The translations under genes were made by a program, and so were the position numbers. Shown piece by piece: positions 48,710-58,771 of a DNA stretch of 64,000 nucleotides (positions are counted from its first letter, which is position 1; each line of letters opens with the position of its first letter). Source of the stretch: Candidatus Krumholzibacteriia bacterium (GTDB lineage Bacteria > Krumholzibacteriota > Krumholzibacteriia > Krumholzibacteriales > Krumholzibacteriaceae). The stretch covers positions 160,001 to 224,000 of the forward strand of contig CAWIIQ010000002.1 of the NCBI GenBank assembly GCA_963836185.1, in the 5' to 3' direction. Below the pieces are notes generated by a model. That model saw only the letters and a list, made by a program, of their open reading frames with translations. It did no database searches and had not been told where the DNA came from.

Positions 48710-50023
48710 ATGGAAGAGCAGAAAAAAGCTGGTATAGGATTCAAGGCATACTACACCCTGTATGTTATCGTGGGGTTTTTGTGCCTTGCCTGGTTTGCCG
48801 GTAATCTACCGGTTGGCCAGTGGCGTGACATAATTCTATTCATAATCCTGATCATAATCGCCGATTCGGTCCAGATATCCCTGCCGAGGGGCGGTGCGTC
48901 GATCTACGCATCCTCGCCGATAGACCTGGCCGGGATCATCCTCTTCGGGCCGGCGGTGATGGCCGTATGTGAGGCTGTTTCCACCCTGATAACCGAGGGG
49001 ATCTTCCAGCGAAGACCGATCATCAAGGTGCTCTTCAACATACCGCTTCTGGTAATGACAGTCGGTGCGTCCGGCCTGGTCTACCAATCTTTCGGCAGCC
49101 TTACTGACACGGATTCGCCGCTCTTCCTCGTGCCGCTCTTCGTGTCGGGTATGGTCTACTACCTGTTCAACACCTGGTCTGTCAGCGTGATCATATCTCT
49201 GAGAAGCTCGAAGAACCCGCTGCATGTCTGGAAACAGAACTACATGTGGAATTTCTTCCACATCCTCGCGTTCCTGCCGATCGGCGCGGTCATTGCGCTG
49301 CTCTACAAGAATTCGGGTGTGTGGACGATAGCCCTGTTTATAATCCCGCTTTTCCTGGCGAGGTACTCGTTTCAGCTCTACCTCGACATGCGTGAGACGC
49401 ATATCAATACAGTCGCGGCTCTGACATCGGCGATAGACGCTTCCGACCCCTTCACACACGGACATTCGTACAGAGTCTCCAAGTACGCGATGAGGATCGC
49501 GAGGGAGATGGGGATGTCGTCGAAGGATCTTGAGACTCTCGAGTACGCCTCACTTCTGCATGATATCGGGAAGATCGCCATCCAGAACGATGTCCTTCTC
49601 AAGGTCGGGCCGCTGACGGACGAGGAATGGGCGTCGCTGAGGTCCCATCCTGACATCGGCGCCGATATCGTCGAGCAGCTGAAGTTCCTCAAGGTCGCTG
49701 TCAACGTGATCCGCTGCCACCACGAGCGTCCTGACGGGACGGGCTATCCGAACGGGCTGAAGGAAGACGAGATCCCGATGCTCGCCCATATCCTCAATGT
49801 AGTAGACGCCTTCGACGCGATGACATCCGACAGGCCCTACAGGAAATGCCTGCCGATAGAGCGGGTCCTTGATGAGCTGCGCAGATACAGGGGCACCCAG
49901 TTCCACTCGAAGGTGACCGATATACTGCTTGAGATGTACTACAGAGGCGATTTCACGCTTATCGTCGAGACCGATGCGACCACTGAGATCTACGATTCGC
50001 TCGTCGAACACGTCCAGATCTGA
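48710..50023 (+). CDS. Membrane-anchored HD-GYP cyclic-dinucleotide phosphodiesterase
   Basis: Multi-TM N-terminus; GHS.RV, LHDIGK, HHERPDGTGYP, DAFDAMTSDRPYR. Confidence 0.93.
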   Translation: MEEQKKAGIGFKAYYTLYVIVGFLCLAWFAGNLPVGQWRDIILFIILIIIADSVQISLPRGGASIYASSPIDLAGIILFGPAVMAVCEAVSTLITEGIFQRRPIIKVLFNIPLLVMTVGASGLVYQSFGSLTDTDSPLFLVPLFVSGMVYYLFNTWSVSVIISLRSSKNPLHVWKQNYMWNFFHILAFLPIGAVIALLYKNSGVWTIALFIIPLFLARYSFQLYLDMRETHINTVAALTSAIDASDPFTHGHSYRVSKYAMRIAREMGMSSKDLETLEYASLLHDIGKIAIQNDVLLKVGPLTDEEWASLRSHPDIGADIVEQLKFLKVAVNVIRCHHERPDGTGYPNGLKEDEIPMLAHILNVVDAFDAMTSDRPYRKCLPIERVLDELRRYRGTQFHSKVTDILLEMYYRGDFTLIVETDATTEIYDSLVEHVQI

Positions 50024-50132
50024 CCAGCTCCCGCAAATCCTCAAACATCACTTTGAACACCGCCGTAGTTCGATTATAATACGCCGGTAGTCACTGGTAT
50101 ACGGAACCGGGCAATCGAAGAAAGGTCCGAGG

Positions 50133-51152
50133 TTGAGTTCAAAATACAAGGATTCGGGAGTCGATATAGACGCTGCCGGCAGGGCCCTGAAGGGAATAGG
50201 CGAACTGGTCCGCGGAACGTTCCGCAAGGAGGTCCTCTCGCAGGTCGGTAATTTCGGGGGACTTTTCACGATGCCGGAAGGGCTGAAGGAGCCCGTGCTT
50301 GTATCGAGCATCGACGGCGTAGGGACAAAACTGAGGCTTGCCTTCATGACAGGCAGGCACGATACCGTCGGAGAGGACCTCGTCAATCACTGTGTGAACG
50401 ACATCCTTGTCCAGGGGGCCGGACCACTCTTCTTCCTCGACTATTTCGGGTGCGGAAAGCTCGAGGGAGGCGTCATCGAAGCGGTAGTGGCAGGGCTTGC
50501 GAGGGGATGCAGCAATAACGGATGCGCCCTGATAGGCGGCGAGACGGCCGAGATGCCCGGATTCTACACTGTGGGCGAGTATGACCTTGCCGGCTGCATC
50601 ATCGGAGTGGTCGAGCGCGGCGAACTGATCACCGGCGAGAGGATAGAGGACGGGGACGAGGTCTGGGCCTTTCCCTCGAGCGGACTTCATACAAACGGGT
50701 ATTCACTTGCCAGAAATATCGTATTTGAGGATGCGGGGCTCGGTGTGGATGATGAGATACCGGGCGCGGGCGGCACCGTGGCCGACCTGCTGCTGGCGGT
50801 CCACAGGAGCTACCTCCAGGAGATCCGCGCGCTGAGGAAAGTCGCGGACGTAAGGGGGCTCGCGCATATCACGGGCGGCGGCCTTATCGACAATATCCCG
50901 AGGATCCTTCCCGAGGGAGTGGGAGTCGTCATAGAGAGATCCGCCTGGGAGACGCCACCGTTGTTCAGATGGCTTGCCGAAGCGGGCGCCGTGGATGATC
51001 TCGAGATGCACAGGGTCTTCAATATGGGTATCGGGATGATAGCGATCGTTCCCGCTACCGACTCTGAAAAGGTCCCAGGGGGCGAATATCGCTGGAATCC
51101 GATTAGAATCGGCCGGGTTTCCAGGGATGCAGGCGGCGTGGAACTGGGTTGA
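50133..51152 (+). CDS. purM: Phosphoribosylformylglycinamidine cyclo-ligase
   Basis: GVDID, DGVGTK, GGETAEMPG, SSGLHTNGYSL, HITGGG, FNMGIG. Confidence 0.97.
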   Translation: MSSKYKDSGVDIDAAGRALKGIGELVRGTFRKEVLSQVGNFGGLFTMPEGLKEPVLVSSIDGVGTKLRLAFMTGRHDTVGEDLVNHCVNDILVQGAGPLFFLDYFGCGKLEGGVIEAVVAGLARGCSNNGCALIGGETAEMPGFYTVGEYDLAGCIIGVVERGELITGERIEDGDEVWAFPSSGLHTNGYSLARNIVFEDAGLGVDDEIPGAGGTVADLLLAVHRSYLQEIRALRKVADVRGLAHITGGGLIDNIPRILPEGVGVVIERSAWETPPLFRWLAEAGAVDDLEMHRVFNMGIGMIAIVPATDSEKVPGGEYRWNPIRIGRVSRDAGGVELG

Positions 51153-51169
51153 GAGCCGGTCGACTGTTC

Positions 51170-51198
51170 TTGACAGCCTCAGGAACCGGTGATACGAT
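51170..51198 (+). promoter_or_regulatory. Putative sigma70 promoter of the STAS pair
   Basis: TTGACA-N17-TACGAT. Confidence 0.55.
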
Positions 51199-51307
51199 TC
51201 ACTCGCGGGGCATTTTCTGTTTGTCCCGGACTGCGGATATTCTTATTATAGTTGTAAGTACGTTTGAAAATAAAGAATAAGGGAACACCCAGAAGGAGGA
51301 GTTCGAG

Positions 51308-51649
51308 ATGCTGAACGTCTCTCAGAGAGATGAAGGTGGAGTCCTGATACTGGACCTCGAGGGACAGATCGATGGCGGACCCGAATCTGAGAAGATCCAG
51401 GAGATCATCAAGGCCAGTATTGAGGACGGGCAGAGGAAATTCCTGCTCAACCTCAAGGATGTCAAGTGGCTCAACTCTCTCGGAGCCGGTGTACTCATCG
51501 CTTCGTACGCGTCTGCCAAGAGAGAAGAGGCAGCTCTCAAGCTCCTGTCCGTTACAGATCGCGTGGGCGTCGTCCTGAAGACATGCGGGCTGATCCCGGA
51601 AGTATTCGAGACATTTGAAGACGAAGCCGAGGCCGTCACAAGTTTCTGA
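51308..51649 (+). CDS. STAS anti-sigma-factor antagonist
   Basis: LDLEG.ID, LNL..V.WLNS.GAG.L. Confidence 0.9.
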   Translation: MLNVSQRDEGGVLILDLEGQIDGGPESEKIQEIIKASIEDGQRKFLLNLKDVKWLNSLGAGVLIASYASAKREEAALKLLSVTDRVGVVLKTCGLIPEVFETFEDEAEAVTSF

Positions 51650-51692
51650 CCGGCACCTTTGCGGCTGGAGTTTTAGCAAAAAGGAAGACAGG

Positions 51693-52034
51693 ATGAAGAT
51701 CAAGAAGAAGGAAGTCGACGGAGTAACTGTTCTCGATCTGTCGGGTGAGATGTACGGCGGACCGGAGAACATGAAACTCGTCGATGTCGTCATGGAGCTT
51801 GCTGAAGCGGGAACGCTCGACTTGGTGATCAACCTCTCAAAGGTGAAGTGGATCTCGAGTACCGGCCTTGGGATCATGGTCTCCGCCAGGTCCAAGTTCG
51901 CGAAACTGGGTGGAGTCATCAAACTGTCGCATCCGAACGACAGGGTCCTGGGAATACTTCAGGTGACACGGCTGAATCTTATATTCGATGTATATGACAA
52001 TGAGAAGGAAGCTGTCGCAAGCCTTCAGAAGTGA
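51693..52034 (+). CDS. STAS anti-sigma-factor antagonist
   Basis: LDLSG, INL..V.WISSTGLG. Confidence 0.9.
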   Translation: MKIKKKEVDGVTVLDLSGEMYGGPENMKLVDVVMELAEAGTLDLVINLSKVKWISSTGLGIMVSARSKFAKLGGVIKLSHPNDRVLGILQVTRLNLIFDVYDNEKEAVASLQK

Positions 52035-52159
52035 TCGGTGAATAAAGGCGATAACTGGCTGTCTGTGAAAGCGGCCCGTTCCGCCCTGGACTGTCGGAAT
52101 AATAATTGTCAATACGATGCCCGGCGCCTGCCGGGCATTTTCTTTTTCGGAGGTGGAAA

Positions 52160-54211
52160 ATGGATCGAAGGACTGTTTCGTTAGCGGCACTGCTGGTCGC
52201 GGCGGGAATTGTTTTTACGGCGGTCTGCGCGGAAGGTGGAGAGGTACTGAGCGTTGAGAAATTCGCCTCGATGACACGCTGTTCCGATCCGCAGATATCT
52301 CCGGACGGGAAGAAGCTGGCCTTTGTAGTATCCGTACCTGATATAGAGGCTAACAGGAACAGAACGCATATCTGGATCGCGCCGCTAAGCGGTGGCGAAC
52401 CGAAGAAGTTCGTCTCCGGACAGGGGGCCGACTTCCATCCAAGGTGGTCGCCATCCGGGGACAGGATAGCGTTCGTTTCGACCAGAGGAGGTTCGTCTCA
52501 GATATGGGTCATACCCTCTACAGGCGGAGAAGCGGTCAAGTTGACCGATATTTCGACCGGCGCGCACGATCCTGTCTGGTCGCCTGACGGCGGAACGATA
52601 GCGTTCTATTCGTTTGTCTATTCCGACTGTCCCGATGACTCGTGCAATGTGTCGAGGGAAAAGGAGATGAGCGACGACCCTGTGAAAGCGAAGGTCATCG
52701 ACCATCTACTCTACAGGCACTGGGACACATGGAAGGACGGGAAGAGGAACCATCTCTTCATCGTAGACGTGGAATCAGGGGAAACGCGGGATCTGACCAC
52801 CGGGATCGACCGCGATTTTCCTCCCTTCCCCTGGGGCGGTTCGGGCGACTACACCTTCTCGCCCGACGGGAAGGAGATCTGCTGTGTCTCGAGGACGGGA
52901 GAGATGGAGGCGATCTCGACAGACACGGAGCTGTTCGTCATCGATCTCGTATCGGGAGAGATGAAGCAGCTGGGCGGAAATCCGGCGGCCGATGAATCGC
53001 CGGCGTACAGCCCGGATGGGCGTTATCTTGCCTGGCGGGCACAGGCAATCCCCGGATTCGAGGCCGACAGGTGGCGCCTGATGCTCATGGACAGGAAGAA
53101 CGGGGAAACGCGGGAACTCACCCCCGGTCTCGACAGATGGGTGACAGAATTCGTATGGGGTCCGCGGTCGAAGAAGATCTACTTTACAGCCGGTGACGAC
53201 GGCCACAAACCTCTCTTCAGCCTCGATGTGAAAAAGGGGAAGATCACGAAACTGGTCGATCGCTCCAATAACTTCCAGCCGCGGATATCACCCGACGGAA
53301 GGACGCTCGTATTCACGCGAAACAGTTTCGACTATCCTCACTCGGTCTGGAAGATCGGTTCGAAGGGCGGCGATCCCGTCCGGGTAACGGAGTTCAATCA
53401 GCCTGTACTTGAAGAATTAGAGCTCAATACCGCGGAGGACGTCAGATACAGGGGCGCCGATGGAGCGACGATACAGGCGTTTCTGATCAAACCTCCCGGT
53501 TTCGATCCTTCCCTGCGCTACCCGGCGATAATGCTCATCCACGGAGGCCCGCAGTCTGCCTTTATCGACATGTGGCTGACCAACTGGAACGCCCAGACCT
53601 TTGCGGCGGCGGGATACGTGATATTCATCCCCAACTTCCACGGCAGCGACGGGTTCGGCCAGGAGTTCGTCAACTCGATCAGCCGCGACTGGGGCGGAAA
53701 GTGCTACGAGGACATCATGATGGGGCTCGACTGGCTCGCCGAGCTCGACTATGTCGATCCCGGCAGGATCGGGGCGGCCGGAGCCTCTTACGGCGGATAC
53801 ATGGTCAACTGGCTCGCAGGACACACTGACAGGTTCGCGGCGCTGATCTCGATGGCCGGCGCGTTCAACCTTACAAGCAAGTACGGTGTCACCGAGGAAC
53901 TCTGGTTCCCCGAATGGGACCTCGGCGGGACGCCGTGGGACAATCCCGAGGATTACGAAAAATGGAGCCCGCATAATTATGCCGCGGCGTTCAGCACTCC
54001 GACGCTCGTCGTGCATGGTGAGCTTGACTACAGGGTGCCTGTAGGTGAAGGGCTGCAGATGTTCACGGCGCTGCAGAGACAGGGAGTGCCCTCCCGGCTT
54101 GTCTACTTCCCCGACGAGGGTCACTGGATACTGAAGCCGAAGAACAACATCTTCTACTACGGACAGTTTATCGGATGGATGGACCTCTACCTGAAGCAGG
54201 GGGAAGAATAA
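52160..54211 (+). CDS. S9 family (prolyl oligopeptidase-like) peptidase
   Basis: Signal peptide, PD40 SPDG repeats, HGGP, GASYGG, D.RV, EGH. Confidence 0.95.
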   Translation: MDRRTVSLAALLVAAGIVFTAVCAEGGEVLSVEKFASMTRCSDPQISPDGKKLAFVVSVPDIEANRNRTHIWIAPLSGGEPKKFVSGQGADFHPRWSPSGDRIAFVSTRGGSSQIWVIPSTGGEAVKLTDISTGAHDPVWSPDGGTIAFYSFVYSDCPDDSCNVSREKEMSDDPVKAKVIDHLLYRHWDTWKDGKRNHLFIVDVESGETRDLTTGIDRDFPPFPWGGSGDYTFSPDGKEICCVSRTGEMEAISTDTELFVIDLVSGEMKQLGGNPAADESPAYSPDGRYLAWRAQAIPGFEADRWRLMLMDRKNGETRELTPGLDRWVTEFVWGPRSKKIYFTAGDDGHKPLFSLDVKKGKITKLVDRSNNFQPRISPDGRTLVFTRNSFDYPHSVWKIGSKGGDPVRVTEFNQPVLEELELNTAEDVRYRGADGATIQAFLIKPPGFDPSLRYPAIMLIHGGPQSAFIDMWLTNWNAQTFAAAGYVIFIPNFHGSDGFGQEFVNSISRDWGGKCYEDIMMGLDWLAELDYVDPGRIGAAGASYGGYMVNWLAGHTDRFAALISMAGAFNLTSKYGVTEELWFPEWDLGGTPWDNPEDYEKWSPHNYAAAFSTPTLVVHGELDYRVPVGEGLQMFTALQRQGVPSRLVYFPDEGHWILKPKNNIFYYGQFIGWMDLYLKQGEE

Positions 54212-54235
54212 GGCTGGTCCTTGCGATAAAGCGGA

Positions 54236-55555
54236 TCAGTGCGGCTCCGCGCAGATGAGCCACTCCGGTACGGCGGCTATGCCGTACCGCTCGGAATCGC
54301 TGAGGTCGAGTGAGAATACTTCGCTCTGGTACTCGATGACGAACTTCTCCTCGTCGGAAGTCCCGGTGGCGTCGAGGACGACGAGTCTGTTCATCCGCGT
54401 GTCGATCAGGTAAAGATGGTCCCCGAGAACGGTGATGTCTCCCCAGCGGCCGGTCAGGTTGTTCGTTCCTCCGAAGTAATCGAAGAAATCGAACCATTTC
54501 GGCTCCACGTCCCACCCTGATTTGATCCGGGCGACACTTCTTGAGTTGCCGTTGCTGTCGACAGTGATATACAGGAACCCTTCACTGTCTACGCACATTC
54601 CTCTCGGTGAGCCGATGCCGGTATCAAGTGTGAATACCAGGTTGTCCGTGACTTCTCCCTTCCCGTCCCATTCGTTCCAGGAGATATTGTACAGCGGCCC
54701 GCTGCCGGTCGCGATAAAAAAGTCTCGCGATACCGGGTCCACGGCGAGGTTCTCATAGTTCACGATATAGTATTCAGCCAGCAGTACGGCTGGCACCCCG
54801 GGGCATCCGATCGTGTAGACGTTCGTGTTGCCGACAAGCAGCAGCACCCCGCCCATGTTGAACTCTATCTCGCTTCCGGTAAGTACGGGGAGCTCAGCGT
54901 ACTCCGTGAGGATCTTCGTGTCGGGCTCGACCTTGTAGACGTCCGTTTGTGTTGTGACGAACATCTCTCCTCTCGATGAAAAGTCGATATCGCGCAGAAT
55001 CAGGTCTGTCTCCAGCACCTTTTCCGTGGCCCCGGTCGCGGGGTCGAAATCGATCAGGACCGATCCGAGGCCCGTTATCATCGAGGAGGAGGTCGTCGTT
55101 ATGAATACGTGTCCGCCGGGCCACTGGCACGCACTCTCAGGGCTCTCCTCTGTGCAGCCCAGCGCGTTGGCCGTATGATTGAATGTCGTGGAATCGGTGC
55201 CTGACCTGACCCCTGCCATCTGGGCGCCGGCTATCGCGCCCAGCCTGAAACGGGCCGAGGCATAGCCTTCCCTGTCAGTATACATATCCGGAGGGTCGAT
55301 CGCCGCTCCAGGATCTTCCGTGCTGAAGAATACGGGCGCGCCGAAGATCGGATTTCCGTTAAGATCGGTCACCCTGACGACCATCGGTTCAGGCAGGACC
55401 GCACCGACTCTCTCGGTCTGGCGGTTTCCGCTCGTGACCCTGATATTCGTGATGCCTTCGAGGTCCTCGTTCTTGGAATCATCGCAGGAGACGAGGATCA
55501 CAGAGGAAAGCAGCAGGATAAACAATATCGATACGATCTTGTATGCAGTGGTCAT
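54236..55555 (-). CDS. Lipoprotein with Ig-like domain and probable beta-propeller
   Basis: Lipobox LVSC; SGN.Q...VG..LP.P.VVRV.D..GNP..G..V.F; repeated strand motifs. Confidence 0.7.
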   Translation of the reverse strand: MTTAYKIVSILFILLLSSVILVSCDDSKNEDLEGITNIRVTSGNRQTERVGAVLPEPMVVRVTDLNGNPIFGAPVFFSTEDPGAAIDPPDMYTDREGYASARFRLGAIAGAQMAGVRSGTDSTTFNHTANALGCTEESPESACQWPGGHVFITTTSSSMITGLGSVLIDFDPATGATEKVLETDLILRDIDFSSRGEMFVTTQTDVYKVEPDTKILTEYAELPVLTGSEIEFNMGGVLLLVGNTNVYTIGCPGVPAVLLAEYYIVNYENLAVDPVSRDFFIATGSGPLYNISWNEWDGKGEVTDNLVFTLDTGIGSPRGMCVDSEGFLYITVDSNGNSRSVARIKSGWDVEPKWFDFFDYFGGTNNLTGRWGDITVLGDHLYLIDTRMNRLVVLDATGTSDEEKFVIEYQSEVFSLDLSDSERYGIAAVPEWLICAEPH

Positions 55556-55723
55556 AACAGGACACCATCCTTCGTCAGTATCCCCGGAGCATCGTTCATT
55601 ATCGAGACTCTATGAGAATCAGGCGCCCGCGTCAACGATGATAAGCAAAAACTTCTTTGAACGACCGCCCCGACATATGTAAAGTCAGGGGCAGGTGACA
55701 GATGTCGTTAACAAGGAGGGTGC

Positions 55724-57304
55724 GTGGACGGCAGCGGATTCGCTTACCCATGGATCGTGAAGCGCGACATTGATGGCTTCTTCGGGCTGGCTATAGACAA
55801 TCTCATACAGTTTCTCCTCATCGCGGCGCTCTGCCCCGTCATCGCGGGCATCCCGGCGGAATTCGTGTTTACCAGGATAATGCCCGGTGCGGCGCTCTCG
55901 GTGATCATCGGCAACCTTTTCTATTCGTGGCAGGCGAGGAAACTCGCCGAAAAGGAAAAGAGAGCGGACGTTACCGCTCTTCCGTACGGGATCAACACGG
56001 TGAGCCTCTTCGCCTACCTCATCTTCATAATGGGGCCTGTATACAGAGAAACGGGAAGCTACGAGATGGCGTGGAAAGTCGGTCTGCTGGCATGCTTCGG
56101 CAGCGGCATCATCGAATTCGCCGGAGCTTTCTGCGTCGATATCCTCAGGCGCATCACTCCGAGGGCGGCGCTGCTCTCGACCCTGGCTGGTATAGCGATC
56201 ACCTTCATATCGATGGATTTTGCATTCCAGACATTCGAAAAGCCGCTGATAGCAATGCTGCCCCTCGCGATAATACTCATCCAGTACTTTTCGAAGGTGC
56301 GGTTCCCGTTCGGCCTTCCCGGCGGAGCTGTAGCCCTGGCCGCGGGGACACTGCTGGCCTGGGCGTTCGGGCTTATGGATGCGGGAGCGGTCTCCGGGGC
56401 GGCTGCGCAGGTCGGATTCTACGGGCCGAGATTCGCCGGCGCCGACCTGTTTGAAGTGATGAGGAGCCCCTACCTGTGGAAGTATTTCTCGATCATCATC
56501 CCGATGGCGGTGTTCAACGTCCTCGGATCGTTGCAGAACCTCGAGTCCGCGGAGGCGGCAGGTGACAGGTATGAGACGAGGCCCTCGCTGGCAGTCAACG
56601 GCATAGGCACCCTGATCGCCTCGTTATTCGGCTCCTGCTTCCCCACGACATTATATATCGGGCACCCGGGCTGGAAGGGGCTCGGCGCGAGGACGGGATA
56701 CTCGGTCCTCAACGGTATCTTCTTCGCCGTCGTCGCCCTATTCGGGCTGGTCCGGCTGATCAATACGATCGTTCCTATGGAGGCGGGTATTGCGATCGTC
56801 CTCTGGATAGGGATAATCATCTCGGCGCAGGCGTTTCAGGCTACGCCGAGGAATCACGCGCCAGCGGTAGTGGTCGGGCTGTTTCCCGCCTTCGCCGCAT
56901 GGGGAATCAATCTCCTCAAGCTCGGTTATCAGGGAGCGGGGACGACCCTGTCGGAGGAGGCCGCGAAGGGAGTGCCGATCAACGGATTCATGGGGATGCT
57001 CGCGCTGGAGCGCGGATTCATATTCACATCGATGATGCTTGCCGCGATCAGCGTCTTCCTGATAGAGAGGGAGTTCCGCAAGGCATCGCTCTGGTCGCTC
57101 GCCGCGGCGGTCATGGCGTTCTTCGGAGTGATCCACACATACGAGTTCTCAGGGAACGAGACGGTCAGTGTCCTGGGCTGGAACACCGGCGGGCCATGGG
57201 CATTCGGTTACTTATGCTTCGCCGCAGTTTTCATGGTCTTTTTTCTATGGGAAAGATCAGTCAGGAAACGTTCTGGAGAGGGGCTCGAGATCCAGGATCA
57301 CTGA
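55724..57304 (+). CDS. NCS2-like membrane permease
   Basis: DIDGFFGL..DN, TALPYGINT, ESAEAAGD, YIGHPGWK; many TM helices. Confidence 0.85.
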   Translation: MDGSGFAYPWIVKRDIDGFFGLAIDNLIQFLLIAALCPVIAGIPAEFVFTRIMPGAALSVIIGNLFYSWQARKLAEKEKRADVTALPYGINTVSLFAYLIFIMGPVYRETGSYEMAWKVGLLACFGSGIIEFAGAFCVDILRRITPRAALLSTLAGIAITFISMDFAFQTFEKPLIAMLPLAIILIQYFSKVRFPFGLPGGAVALAAGTLLAWAFGLMDAGAVSGAAAQVGFYGPRFAGADLFEVMRSPYLWKYFSIIIPMAVFNVLGSLQNLESAEAAGDRYETRPSLAVNGIGTLIASLFGSCFPTTLYIGHPGWKGLGARTGYSVLNGIFFAVVALFGLVRLINTIVPMEAGIAIVLWIGIIISAQAFQATPRNHAPAVVVGLFPAFAAWGINLLKLGYQGAGTTLSEEAAKGVPINGFMGMLALERGFIFTSMMLAAISVFLIEREFRKASLWSLAAAVMAFFGVIHTYEFSGNETVSVLGWNTGGPWAFGYLCFAAVFMVFFLWERSVRKRSGEGLEIQDH

Positions 57305-57313
57305 CTTTCAGGG

Positions 57314-57440
57314 GATAAAAAGGCGCGCCTGCCGTGAGGCAGGCGCGAGACAAGCAATGATGGGCCCATTTGATGTCAGTTATGTAGTAATCCAAAGATG
57401 TCAGGTCTTCAAGCAACCCCTCGGAACCTATTGCTAATCG
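57314..57440 (-). ncRNA. Candidate small RNA (~125 nt)
   Basis: Bounded by a near-consensus sigma70 promoter and an intrinsic terminator; no ORF that closes inside it. Confidence 0.55.
57315..57347 (-). terminator. Intrinsic terminator
   Basis: Perfect 10-bp stem CGCGCCTGCC/GGCAGGCGCG (57324-57347), followed on the minus strand by CCTTTTTAT. Confidence 0.8.
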
Positions 57441-57446
57441 TGAGGG

Positions 57447-57475
57447 AGTATACCATAATCAGCCTTTTTTGTCAA
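57447..57475 (-). promoter_or_regulatory. sigma70 promoter of the candidate sRNA
   Basis: TTGACA-N17-TATACT with extended TG on the minus strand. Confidence 0.75.
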
Positions 57476-57538
57476 TATAGATTAACACTAAAGCCAGATA
57501 TTACAACAAGTTGAGTGGTTATACCTACTCCGCCCCGG

Positions 57539-57567
57539 TTGACAATAATCCCCGGTACTGGTATAAT
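57539..57567 (+). promoter_or_regulatory. Consensus sigma70 promoter
   Basis: TTGACA-N17-TATAAT with extended TG. Confidence 0.8.
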
Positions 57568-57672
57568 CCATTCCGACGTTTGAACATACAGCGGTACATT
57601 CCAGATGCCGCTTGAGATCGCGAAAAGGGGGGACACTTTCGTCTTCCCGTTTCTGCATCCGGGGGGGCGGAA

Positions 57673-58683
57673 GTGCCGGACGCCGTAGTCCGGTCAAGCG
57701 GCTCAACCGATATGCGGAAAGACAACTCGCCCGTCTTTATCACCTCTGATCCTGCCACGCGGGACCTTCTCGCTGATATCCGCAGAATAGCCGGATTTCC
57801 CGTCCCGGTCCTCGTAACAGGGGAGTCAGGCACCGGCAAGGAAGTCATCGCCAGGATGATCCACAGGTGGAGCGGCAGGGGGAGGGGGCCGTTTATACCC
57901 GTAAATGCCTCTACTCTTCGAGGAGATCTTCTGGAAAGCTCCCTTTTCGGCCATTCAAGAGGAGCATTCACAGGAGCTGTTGCAAGGCATTCCGGTCTTG
58001 CGGCCGCGGCTGACACAGGCACCCTGTTCCTGGACGAAATCGGTGAAATGGATCCCGGGGCCCAGGCAAGACTCCTCAGGTTTCTCGATTCGGGGGAGTA
58101 CCTTCCCGTCGGTGAGAGTGTAGCCAGGAGATCGAATGCCAGGGTGATTGCAGCGACCAACCGCGATCTTCTTTCCGAGATCTCGAGAGGCCGGTTCAGA
58201 GCTGATCTCTATTACAGACTGTCGGTAGCCGTGTTCAGGATCCCGCCGCTCCGGGACCGGAGGGAAGACATCCTCCCGCTTGCCATGCATTTCATCGACA
58301 GCCTGATTTCGGAATTCGCTCTTCCGGCAGTATCGCTCTCCGATGAAGCAGTGAATCTATTGAAGTCATACGACTGGTCGGGCAATGTCCGTCAGCTTCG
58401 AAACGAGATCACCGCCTCGTTCCTGAGAAAAGCGGGCGGCAGGATCGAGATGACGGATCTGTCACGGGACCTGCTCGAAACATCTCTGGAATATTCCGAA
58501 GGATACGGCGGCAGTCTCGATGCCAGGCTCATGAGGTACGAGAGGCGGGAGATGCTCGATGCCCTGCGCGCCGCGGGCTCGAACTGCAGCCGCGCTGCCG
58601 AGATCCTCGGCCTGAAGAGGACGACGCTTCTTTACAGGATGCAAAGGCACGGGATAGTGCTGAGAGAGAAGCAGAAAGACTGA
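57673..58683 (+). CDS. sigma54 activator lacking an N-terminal sensor domain
   Basis: GESGTGKE, GAFTGA, FLDEIG, FRADLYYRL, W.GNVRQL, Fis-type HTH; start may be 57712. Confidence 0.9.
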   Translation: MPDAVVRSSGSTDMRKDNSPVFITSDPATRDLLADIRRIAGFPVPVLVTGESGTGKEVIARMIHRWSGRGRGPFIPVNASTLRGDLLESSLFGHSRGAFTGAVARHSGLAAAADTGTLFLDEIGEMDPGAQARLLRFLDSGEYLPVGESVARRSNARVIAATNRDLLSEISRGRFRADLYYRLSVAVFRIPPLRDRREDILPLAMHFIDSLISEFALPAVSLSDEAVNLLKSYDWSGNVRQLRNEITASFLRKAGGRIEMTDLSRDLLETSLEYSEGYGGSLDARLMRYERREMLDALRAAGSNCSRAAEILGLKRTTLLYRMQRHGIVLREKQKD

Positions 58684-58771
58684 TATCGTTTTTCTTGCAG
58701 AAGCCGGGTTCAGGGTCGATAATCATCATATAACCGATCACATTCTGGCACTGAACGATGGAGTTGTGAAG

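Noticed and set aside
57168-57437. 89-aa plus-strand ORF across the sRNA region, and a minus-strand TTG frame within it
   Set aside because: The first overlaps the permease out of frame; the second runs through the terminator.
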